A stretch of 64,000 nucleotides of DNA from Elusimicrobiota bacterium. GTDB lineage: Bacteria; Elusimicrobiota; Elusimicrobia; UBA1565; UBA9628. Numbering within the stretch: the stretch's first letter is position 1; each line of letters begins with the position of its first letter. Location: the NCBI GenBank assembly GCA_036676805.1, contig JAKFCD010000083.1:1211-65210 (forward strand), written 5' to 3'. The notes under the pieces were generated by a model, which saw only the letters and a program-made list of their open reading frames with translations, was not told the DNA's origin and did not search any database. A program made the position numbers and the translations under genes. Shown here piece by piece: positions 32,144-40,026 of the stretch.

Positions 32144-32177
32144 CCGGCCCGGCTCTCTCGAGCCGGGCCGGCTTTTT
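32144..32177 (+). terminator. Intrinsic terminator
   Basis: CCGGCCCGGCTC-tctc-GAGCCGGGCCGG followed by CTTTTT. Confidence 0.8.
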
Positions 32178-32264
32178 CCCTCGGGAGGCCCTCTCCATCG
32201 ACGGCAATAATATGGATACAGGCCGCCGATGGCCCCGGCGCCCGGCGGCGGGTATGCTCCGTCC

Positions 32265-33008
32265 ATGCCGCGCCTCCGGCTCGTCGCGCTCGTCCCCGTG
32301 CTCCTCGCCCTGGCCGCGCCCGGCCGCGGCGAGGTCCTGGTCGAAGTGTTCGCGGGCAAGTCCTTCACCCGCCCCTCCGACCTCGTGCTGCGCCAGCCCG
32401 GGCGAAACACGGACGTCGCGTTTCGCGGGGTGCGCTTCGACGACCAATCACTGCGCTCTCCGCCCTACTACGGCTACCGGGCGACCTACTTTCCGCGGGA
32501 GCGCTCTCCGGTGGGGCTCGGCCTCGAGTTCGTGCACTTCAAGGCGATCGCGCGCACGGCGGCCGCCTACCGGGCGCAAGGAACGCTCAACGGCCGGCCG
32601 GTCGACGCGGACGCGAGGCTCGCGGACACCGTCCAGTCCTTCGAGGTCTCCCACGGCATGAACCTGCTGACCTTCAACCTGCAGGCGCGGCCCCCGTCCC
32701 GCGGCGCCGCCTGGCCGTACGCGGGCGCGGGCCTGGGCATCTCCATCCCGCACGTCGAGAGCGAAGTGGAGGGCCGGGGCGGCTCCCGCCGCTACGCGCT
32801 CGGAAGCCATCCCGCGTTCCAGGCCTTCGCCGGAGTCCGCGGAACGCCGTGGAAGGACCTGATCGTCTTCGGCGAGTACAAGTACTCGGACGCGCGGCTC
32901 GACGCTCCGGTCGCCGGCGGGACCGCCTCGGTGCGCTTCGCGACGCACCACGTGATCGTCGGCACCGGCGTGCGATTCCGGCCCGGCGGGGAGAAGTCCT
33001 CGCGATGA
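32265..33008 (+). CDS. Outer membrane beta-barrel protein, lipid A oxidase LpxQ-like
   Basis: Signal peptide; SPPYYGYR, GLEFVHFKA, HGMNLLTFN, PYAGAGLG.PHVE and FGEYKY motifs. Confidence 0.75.
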   Translation: MPRLRLVALVPVLLALAAPGRGEVLVEVFAGKSFTRPSDLVLRQPGRNTDVAFRGVRFDDQSLRSPPYYGYRATYFPRERSPVGLGLEFVHFKAIARTAAAYRAQGTLNGRPVDADARLADTVQSFEVSHGMNLLTFNLQARPPSRGAAWPYAGAGLGISIPHVESEVEGRGGSRRYALGSHPAFQAFAGVRGTPWKDLIVFGEYKYSDARLDAPVAGGTASVRFATHHVIVGTGVRFRPGGEKSSR

Positions 33009-33751
33009 GCGCCCTCGCCCCGCGCGCGGCCGTCCTGCTCGTCCTCCTCGCCGGCAGCTGCGCCGCGAAGGCGGCCAAGCCCCGGCCGGCCGCCCCCCCT
33101 CCGCCGGGCGCCGAAGCGCCGCTCGAGCCGACGGTCGTCGCCTATGGCGAGTACCGGGACCCGCTGCGCCCGGTCAACCGCGCGATCTTCGCCTTCAACC
33201 ACGTCGTCTATCGCTTCCTGCTGATCCCCCTCAGCAAGGGCTATGAGAAGGCGGCGCCGAAGCCCGTCCGCCGGAGCATCAGCCGCTTCTTCGACAACCT
33301 GAGAACGCCGATCTATCTCGCCAACCATCTGCTCCAGCTCGAGGCCGCCGCCGCGGGCCGCACCACCGCCCGCTTCCTCGTCAACTCGACGGCGGGCATC
33401 GGAGGCCTGTATGATCCGGCCCGGGACTGGCTGGGCTTCGAGCGGGAGGAGTCCCATCTCTCCGACACCATGGCCCGCTACGGGATCGGCTACGGGGTGT
33501 ACCTGGTCCTGCCGGTGCTCGGTCCCTCGGATCTGCGCGGCGGCGTCTCGCTCGGCGTGGAGACGTTCATGAGCCCCATCCCCTACGTGCTCGGGAATCC
33601 GGAGTCCACCGCGGTCCGCGGCTTCGACTCCTTCCAGGAATTCGCGCCGTACGCTGAGCGCTACGAGACTTTGCGCCGGAAAGCCGAGGACCCCTACATC
33701 TTTTTCCGCAATCTCCACCTGCAAGGGGTGCAGCGCGACGCGGCCTATTGA
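33005..33751 (+). CDS. mlaA: VacJ/MlaA lipid-asymmetry lipoprotein
   Basis: Lipobox LAGSC; DPLRPVNRAIFAFN, RFLVNSTAGIGGLYD, YLVLPVLGPS and DPYIFFR. Confidence 0.92.
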   Translation: MSALAPRAAVLLVLLAGSCAAKAAKPRPAAPPPPGAEAPLEPTVVAYGEYRDPLRPVNRAIFAFNHVVYRFLLIPLSKGYEKAAPKPVRRSISRFFDNLRTPIYLANHLLQLEAAAAGRTTARFLVNSTAGIGGLYDPARDWLGFEREESHLSDTMARYGIGYGVYLVLPVLGPSDLRGGVSLGVETFMSPIPYVLGNPESTAVRGFDSFQEFAPYAERYETLRRKAEDPYIFFRNLHLQGVQRDAAY

Positions 33752-33769
33752 GCGGCGGCGAATTCAGGC

Positions 33770-34252
33770 CTACAGCGCCTGAGGAGGCAGCTTCTCGATC
33801 GTCTGGAAGGGCTTGAAGAGGCGCTCGATCCAGCGCGCGTCCATGTCGTCGAAGGCGACGGCGGAGCGGGCCTCGAACATCGCCCACACCCGGGCGTTCT
33901 TGTCGAAGACGGGCACGTAGATCGTCGTCGCGCCGGGCTTGGCGTCGCCGGAGCGCAGGGCGTCGGCGATGGCGCCGTCGACGGGGACCGCGTCCTTCCT
34001 GGGCTCGGGACGCGCGGGGCCCGGCTGGAACGCCTTGCCGTCGGGCTGCAGCAGCCAGAAGCCGCACCACGTCCACGGGTTCTCGAAGGCGTCCCAGAGC
34101 TGGTCGGTGAGCTCGCGCGTCATGCGCTCGCTCTGCAGCGCGCGGCGCCTCCACTTGAGGTCGAGGGCGGACTTGATCTTGTCGTAGCGGGCCCGGGACG
34201 GGCGCTCGCGGATGTCCTTGGGGGGCGTCTCCCGCCGGTACTCGTCGTTCAT
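33770..34252 (-). CDS. GAF-like domain protein (degenerate fRMsr/YebR-like)
   Basis: WTWCGFWLL, IYVPVFD and AFDDMDARWIERL. Confidence 0.65.
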   Translation of the reverse strand: MNDEYRRETPPKDIRERPSRARYDKIKSALDLKWRRRALQSERMTRELTDQLWDAFENPWTWCGFWLLQPDGKAFQPGPARPEPRKDAVPVDGAIADALRSGDAKPGATTIYVPVFDKNARVWAMFEARSAVAFDDMDARWIERLFKPFQTIEKLPPQAL

Positions 34253-35286
34253 TTGGCCTTCTCCATCACGACCAGCTGGCCGCAGGCGCCGTCGATGTCG
34301 CGCCCGAGGTTCTGCCTGACCGTGGACTTGTAGCCGCCCGCGAGCATGCGCGCCTGGAACTCGCGCGCGTCCCGCTCATCGGTCGGCTGGTGCGCCGTGT
34401 CGGTCTGATTGAACACTATGAGGTTAACGTGAAGAAGTTCTTTGGGCCCGACGCCGTCGAGCCAGCGCGTCAGGGCGTCGGCGTCCTCCGGCCGGTCGTT
34501 CTCGCCCTTGAGGAGAACATACTCGAAAAATATCTTCCGATTTGTGGACGCGATGTAGTCCTTTAATGACGCGGCGAGCGCGGCCAGGTTGAAGGCCTTG
34601 TTCATCGGCACGAGCCGCGTGCGCAGCTCGTCGGTCGCGGCGTGCAGGGAGATGGCCAGGTTGACCTGCGGGAAGTCGCGGCCGAACAGCGAGATCTTGG
34701 GCGCCACCCCCGACGTGGACACCGAGATATGGCGGGCGCCGATGCCGAACTGCTTCTGGTCGAGGAGTATTTTCAAGCTTGCCGAGACCTGTTCATAACA
34801 CGCGAAGGGTTCCCCCATGCCCATGTACACGACGTTGTCGAGCCGCCCCGGAAGACCCTTCGCGGCCATGTATTGCCGCCAAAACAGGACCTGATCCGTG
34901 ATCTCCTCCGGCGCCAGGCTGCGCTTGAGGCCCATGAGCCCCGTCGCGCAGAAGGTGCAGGCGACCGCGCAGCCGACCTGCGAGGAGATGCACGTGGTCC
35001 AGCGGGTCTCGCTCGGACGCAGCAGCACGGTCTCGACGACGCTGCCGTCGGCGAGGTCGAGCAGGGCCTTGTACGCGCGCCCATCCCCGGAGACGTCCAC
35101 GCGGCGCTCGCGCAGGCTCAGCAGGGGCGCCGCCTCGGCCAGGGCCCTGCGCGCCGGCGCGGGCAGCACCGCGATCTCCTCGTAGGAGGACACGGCCCGG
35201 CCGAACACGGCCTGGCGCACCTGCTCCCAGCGGAACTTGGGCAGGCCGAGCGACGTCAGGGCCGCCTGGACCTTGGCCGCGTCCAC
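34249..35286 (-). CDS. rlmN: 23S rRNA m2A2503 radical SAM methyltransferase
   Basis: CISSQVGCAVACTFCATG, YMGMGEP and DIDGACGQL. Confidence 0.95.
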   Translation of the reverse strand: MDAAKVQAALTSLGLPKFRWEQVRQAVFGRAVSSYEEIAVLPAPARRALAEAAPLLSLRERRVDVSGDGRAYKALLDLADGSVVETVLLRPSETRWTTCISSQVGCAVACTFCATGLMGLKRSLAPEEITDQVLFWRQYMAAKGLPGRLDNVVYMGMGEPFACYEQVSASLKILLDQKQFGIGARHISVSTSGVAPKISLFGRDFPQVNLAISLHAATDELRTRLVPMNKAFNLAALAASLKDYIASTNRKIFFEYVLLKGENDRPEDADALTRWLDGVGPKELLHVNLIVFNQTDTAHQPTDERDAREFQARMLAGGYKSTVRQNLGRDIDGACGQLVVMEKAK

Positions 35287-35928
35287 TTAGTAGGTGAGCT
35301 CCCGGACGTGCTTGTTGTCGAGAAGCATGCGCACGACGTTCTTCTGCTCCAGACGCGGGCCGGCGACGTACCACTCGCTGTAGTACAGGTTCGCGCGCTT
35401 CATGAGCTTGCGGCGCAGGACCTTGACGTCCGAGTTGCGGAAGATGGTCTTGATCTGCTCGAGGCCGTCATCGTCGAGGTCCGAGGTGATCTTGAACGTG
35501 TGCCGCTGACGCAGCTCGTCGATCATGGTGTCGAGGTGCGGGAACACGCCCTGGACGACCAAGGTCATCACCGCGGCCGCGGCCGCGAGCGAGTAGTAGC
35601 CGAAGCCGGCCGCGACGCCGATGGCGGCGACGACCCAGATCGTGGCCGCGGTGGTCAGGCCGGTGACGTGCTCGCCCTCGCGCATGATAGCACCCGCGCC
35701 GAGGAAGCCGATGCCCGAGACGATCTGCGCGGCGATGCGCGTCACGTCGGTGCCGATCGAATCGGCGAGCAGACGCGAGAGGATCGCGAACAGGCAGGAG
35801 CCCACGCAGATCAGGATGTTCGTGCGCAGGCCCGCGGCCTTGTCGCTGAGCTCGCGCTCCAGGCCGATGAAGGCGCCGAGGGCCAGCGCGACGGTGAGGC
35901 TAAGCAAGTCCTGGGCGTACGGCGTCAT
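35287..35928 (-). CDS. MgtC/SapB family protein
   Basis: IGLERE..KAAGLRT, RIAAQIVSGIGFLGAG and GLTTAATIW. Confidence 0.95.
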   Translation of the reverse strand: MTPYAQDLLSLTVALALGAFIGLERELSDKAAGLRTNILICVGSCLFAILSRLLADSIGTDVTRIAAQIVSGIGFLGAGAIMREGEHVTGLTTAATIWVVAAIGVAAGFGYYSLAAAAAVMTLVVQGVFPHLDTMIDELRQRHTFKITSDLDDDGLEQIKTIFRNSDVKVLRRKLMKRANLYYSEWYVAGPRLEQKNVVRMLLDNKHVRELTY

Positions 35929-37342
35929 GGCTCCTCCGTGATCCGGCGAAAACGAGCTCCGCGGCGCGGCGCCCGGAGCGCACGCAGTCGGGCAGGCCCA
36001 CGCCGCCGTACGAGGCGCCGGCGAGGACGAGGCCCTGGTGCCCCTTCAGGCACGAGCCCAGACGGTCGAGGCGGCGCGCGTGGCCGACCTCGTACTGCGG
36101 ATTGGTCTTGATCCAGCGCGTGGTCCTCATCGCCGCGGGCTCCGCACCCTTGAGGCCGAGCACCTTAGCGATGTCGCCGCGCACGCGCGACTCGAGCCGG
36201 GTGATCGCGCCCTCGGCGTCGGCGTCGCGCCCGGCGCCGCCGATGAAGGCGCGCACGGTCGTGCGTCCCGGGACGGCCCGGCCCGGGAACTTGGCCGAGG
36301 AGTAGGTGGCGGCCGTCACGGTCAGCCCCTCCCCCTTGGGCGCGAGAAAGCCGAAGCCCTTGGGCTTGACCGGAATGTCCTTGTCGTCGTAGATCAGGAC
36401 CGACGTCGCCGTCGAGGAGAACGGGATCTCCCGCAGGCGCACGGCGAGCTCGGGGTCGAGGCCCTCGATGCAGTCGGCGAACGCGTACGCGGGCAGGGCC
36501 GATATGATGGAATCCGCCTCGAGGACCGAGTTTGGCGTGACGACCTCCCAATGGCCCTCGCGGCGGCGCACGGCCTGCGCGGGAGTGTCCAGGCGCACGG
36601 CGCGCGGCGGCAGGCGGCGCCGCAGGGCGTCGACGACCAAAGACAGGCCGCCCTTCAAGGTCATGAAGGTCGTCAGGCCGTCGCGCCGGGCGGCGCGCTT
36701 CGTGCCGAGCCAGCCGAGCCACATCGATTTGACCAGGCCGCCCTTCTTCTCCATGTCGAGCAGCTGCGGGAAGGTGCTGGCCACGCTCATGCGCTCCGGG
36801 TCTCCGGCGTAGATGCCGGCGAGCATGGGGGCCACGAGGCGCTCGAGGGCCTCCGCGCCCAGGCGGCGGCGCGCGAAATCGGCCAGGGACTCGTCGACCC
36901 CGTCGCGGCGGGCGGGCCGCAGCGGCTCGAGCGCCATGTGCAGCTTCGCGCCCGGAGAGAACAGCGGCGTCAGCGCGAACGGGAGGATGCGCGTCGGCGC
37001 GACCAGGTTCATGCCCGCGGGCATCGGCACCAGGCGCCCCGCGAGCAGGATGTCGACGCCGGCGTCCGGCCCGGTGCCGATGAGCTCGCCGGCCAGGCCG
37101 AGCTCGCGCACGAGCTCGAGCATCTCGGGCTTGGTGGTCAGGAAGCTGTCCGGGCCGGTCTCGAAGACCTGGCCGTCGATGGACTCGGTGCGGATCTTGC
37201 CGCCGAGGGTCTTGCCCGCCTCGAGCACCGTCACCTCGATGGGCTGCCCTCGCTTGACGAGCTCGTAGGCCGCGACGAGCCCGGAGATGCCTCCTCCGAG
37301 GACGACGACGCGCTTCGTCGCCGTCGGTCTTCCCGGTCTCAT
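35900..37342 (-). CDS. hemG: HemY-type proto/coproporphyrinogen oxidase
   Basis: VLGGGISGLVAA, ETGPDSF, AGIYAGDP, PQYEVGH and GVGLPDCV; start corrected to the ATGA overlap with hemE. Confidence 0.93.
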   Translation of the reverse strand: MRPGRPTATKRVVVLGGGISGLVAAYELVKRGQPIEVTVLEAGKTLGGKIRTESIDGQVFETGPDSFLTTKPEMLELVRELGLAGELIGTGPDAGVDILLAGRLVPMPAGMNLVAPTRILPFALTPLFSPGAKLHMALEPLRPARRDGVDESLADFARRRLGAEALERLVAPMLAGIYAGDPERMSVASTFPQLLDMEKKGGLVKSMWLGWLGTKRAARRDGLTTFMTLKGGLSLVVDALRRRLPPRAVRLDTPAQAVRRREGHWEVVTPNSVLEADSIISALPAYAFADCIEGLDPELAVRLREIPFSSTATSVLIYDDKDIPVKPKGFGFLAPKGEGLTVTAATYSSAKFPGRAVPGRTTVRAFIGGAGRDADAEGAITRLESRVRGDIAKVLGLKGAEPAAMRTTRWIKTNPQYEVGHARRLDRLGSCLKGHQGLVLAGASYGGVGLPDCVRSGRRAAELVFAGSRRSHDAVRPGLA

Positions 37343-38367
37343 GTCCGGCTGAACTCGTGGACCCAATCGGCGACCATCTTGACGGTGTCGACCGGCGTCG
37401 TCGGCAGGATGCCGTGCCCCAGGTTGAAGATGTGGCCCTTGCGGCCGCCGTTGCGGTCGATGATGTCCTTGACCGCGGCCTTCAAGGCCTTCTTGCCGGA
37501 GAACAGGAGAATCGGATCGAGGTTCCCCTGCACCGCCTTCTTGCCGAGGCGCCGGCGCGCGACGTCCATGTCGATGCGCCAGTCCACGCCGATCACCGAG
37601 CCGCCGGCCGAGGCGAAATCCTCGAGGAAGCCGTTGGTGTCGGTGCCGAAGGAGATCACGGGCACGCCCGACTTCGAGAGCCGGTCCAATATCCACTTCG
37701 AGTGCGGCCGCACATGGCGCCGGTACTGATCCGGCGAGAGCACGCCGATCCACGAGTCGAAAAGCTGCACGGCCTGGGCGCCGGCCTTGACCTGTGCCTC
37801 GAGATACTCGGCCGTGACGGTCCGGACCTTCTTCATCAGGGCGTCCCACAGGTCTGGGCGGTCGGTCATCATCGCCTTGGTGAGCTTGTAGTGGTCGGAG
37901 TGGCCGCCCTCGATCATGTAGCTGGCGACGGTGAACGGGGCGCCGGCGAAGCCGATCAGGCCGACCTTCCCCTCGGTCTCGCGGCGGATGAGCTTGACGG
38001 CCGAGAACACGCAGTCGAGCTCGGCCGCCGCGCCTTTGACCCTCAGGCGCTTGATGTCGGCCTCGGTGCGCACGGGGTTGGAGATCGTCGGGCCGGGAGC
38101 GAACCGCAGCTTGAGGCCCATCGGCTCGAGGACCAGCAGGATGTCGGCGAAGAGGATCGCGGCGTCGACGGGCAATGCCCGCACGGGCTGAAGCGTCACC
38201 TCGCAGGCCAACTCCGGCGTCTTGGCCAGCGCGAGGATGGAGTGCGTCTTGCGCAGCTCCCGGTACTCGGCCATATAGCGTCCGGCCTGGCGCATGAACC
38301 ACACCGGGGTCGCGTCGACCGCCTGGGAGCGGCAAGCCCGTAAAAATCTCAGTTTTTCGCTGCTCAT
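37339..38367 (-). CDS. hemE: Uroporphyrinogen decarboxylase
   Basis: PVWFMRQAGRYM, DAAILFADIL, QLFDSW and IFNLGHGI. Confidence 0.98.
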   Translation of the reverse strand: MSSEKLRFLRACRSQAVDATPVWFMRQAGRYMAEYRELRKTHSILALAKTPELACEVTLQPVRALPVDAAILFADILLVLEPMGLKLRFAPGPTISNPVRTEADIKRLRVKGAAAELDCVFSAVKLIRRETEGKVGLIGFAGAPFTVASYMIEGGHSDHYKLTKAMMTDRPDLWDALMKKVRTVTAEYLEAQVKAGAQAVQLFDSWIGVLSPDQYRRHVRPHSKWILDRLSKSGVPVISFGTDTNGFLEDFASAGGSVIGVDWRIDMDVARRRLGKKAVQGNLDPILLFSGKKALKAAVKDIIDRNGGRKGHIFNLGHGILPTTPVDTVKMVADWVHEFSRT

Positions 38368-38409
38368 GCCTAAATAATACATCTTAGATCGGTCGCCAGG
38401 CAGGGCTAC

Positions 38410-38486
38410 GGGGTCAGGTTTGCCGTTGTTGCAGTATTCCTATGGGAAATTCCTATGAATACTGCAACAACGGCAAACCTGACCCC
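38410..38486. repeat. REP-like perfect palindrome with 30-bp arms and a 17-nt spacer
   Basis: GGGGTCAGGTTTGCCGTTGTTGCAGTATTC ... GAATACTGCAACAACGGCAAACCTGACCCC. Confidence 0.9.
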
Positions 38487-38488
38487 AA

Positions 38489-39994
38489 TTAAGTCGCGAG
38501 GAGGGTGTCGGCGGTGCGCAATAAATTGAGGAGGATCTCGTCGGTCTTGGCGCGCAGGATCTTGCGGCGCAAGGTCTCGTTGGTGACCAAGGACGCGATG
38601 CGCTGGAGCACCTTGAGCTGCATCGTGGGCGTCTCGAGCGGGGTCATGATCAGGAACACGAGGCGCAGGGGCACGCCGTCGGGCGTGGGCAGGGGCGGCG
38701 CCTTGGCGAAGCGGCCGACGGCGATCAGCGGCGCCTTGAGGCCGGGCAGGCGCGCGTGCGGCACGAGCACGCCGCGCCCCACGGCGCTCGCGAACTTGAG
38801 CTCGCGCTCCCAGACGGCGGCGAAGGCGGCCTCGGCGTCGAGCTCGGGGTTGGCGGCCTTCATCCGGTCCATGAGGTGGCGGATCGTGGCCTTGCGCTCG
38901 GTCGTGGGCAGGTTCGCGTCGACGGCCGCGCTCGCGAAGAACTCGCCCGCCATCCAGCCCGTCGTCTTCTCGAACTCGTCGCGGACCTCGCCGACGAGCT
39001 CCTCCATGATGTCCTCGAGGGTGATCAGGCCCACGACTCGGTTGAGGGGATCGCGCACGACCGCCAGGTGGACGCCCTTGTCGGGCATGGTCTTGAGCAG
39101 CTTCTCCAGGGACTCCCCGGCGGAGACCTCGTAAAGGTCCCGGCGCAGCTTCTTGAGGTCCGGGTTCGAGCCGACCTCGTTGAGCACGAGATCCTTGATA
39201 TGCACGACGCCGATCGCGGAGTCGAGGTCGCCCTCGCAGAGCAGGTAGCGGGAGTAGCGCTTGTCGCGGATGACGTCGAGGTTCTCCGTCCACGGGCGCG
39301 CCAGCGACAGGTAGGCGATGCGCTCGCGGGGGCGCATCGCGTCGGCGACCTTGGCCGAGCCGAAGTCGAAGAGGTTCTCGAGCAGGAGCAGCCGCTCGAG
39401 CGGGATGGCGCCCTTCTCCTGCGTCTCGCCGAGCAGGATGCGCATCTCGTCGATGCCCACCGTTTGCTCCGCTTCCGCGGCGGGCTTGAGCCCGAACACG
39501 CGCAGGATCGCGGCCGAGGAGGCGGTCATAGCGCGGATCGGAAGACGCAGCCCCCCCGCCAGGATCTTGAGCGGGGCCGCTCCCCACAGGGCGAGCGGCT
39601 CGGCGTAGTTGATCGCCACCGCGCGCGGCACGAGCTCGGCGAGCACGATCTGAATTACGGCCAAGGCCGACACCGCGATCGAGAACGAGATGATCCGGGT
39701 CCAGTGCGGCGGCAGGGCGGAGAGCAGCCCCGAGAGGCGCTCGCTCAGCGCCGCCGTGACGGCCGGCTCGCCGACGGCGCCGAGGGCCAGGGCGATGACG
39801 GTTATGCCCACCTGGATCGCGGCGAGGTAGTCGTCGAGTCGGGCCAGCACCTCCTGCACGGCCAGGGCCCGCTTGCTTCCGCGGCGGGCGAGCAGCTCGA
39901 TGCGCGCCGGACGCACGCGCACGACCGCGAACTCCATGAGCACGAAAAGCGCGTTGACCGCGACCAGGCCGGAAACAAGCAGGAACATCATCAT
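38489..39994 (-). CDS. CNNM/CorB (DUF21-CBS) transporter fused to a C-terminal PTS EIIA domain
   Basis: NALFVLMEFA, QVGIT, ELVPR, CBS pair (GLITLEDIMEELVGE); then WERE..SAVGRGVLVPHAR. Confidence 0.9.
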   Translation of the reverse strand: MMMFLLVSGLVAVNALFVLMEFAVVRVRPARIELLARRGSKRALAVQEVLARLDDYLAAIQVGITVIALALGAVGEPAVTAALSERLSGLLSALPPHWTRIISFSIAVSALAVIQIVLAELVPRAVAINYAEPLALWGAAPLKILAGGLRLPIRAMTASSAAILRVFGLKPAAEAEQTVGIDEMRILLGETQEKGAIPLERLLLLENLFDFGSAKVADAMRPRERIAYLSLARPWTENLDVIRDKRYSRYLLCEGDLDSAIGVVHIKDLVLNEVGSNPDLKKLRRDLYEVSAGESLEKLLKTMPDKGVHLAVVRDPLNRVVGLITLEDIMEELVGEVRDEFEKTTGWMAGEFFASAAVDANLPTTERKATIRHLMDRMKAANPELDAEAAFAAVWERELKFASAVGRGVLVPHARLPGLKAPLIAVGRFAKAPPLPTPDGVPLRLVFLIMTPLETPTMQLKVLQRIASLVTNETLRRKILRAKTDEILLNLLRTADTLLAT

Positions 39995-40026
39995 CGTGCG
40001 GGGATTATACTCTTAAGGGGCGGGCC

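Noticed and set aside
35900-38335. Apparent 811-aa HemG with a long N-terminal extension
   Set aside because: The extension is an off-frame reading of hemE; the real start is 37342.
27025-38486. Palindromic repeats as CRISPR repeats
   Set aside because: Dispersed inverted repeats, no repeat-spacer array and no cas genes.
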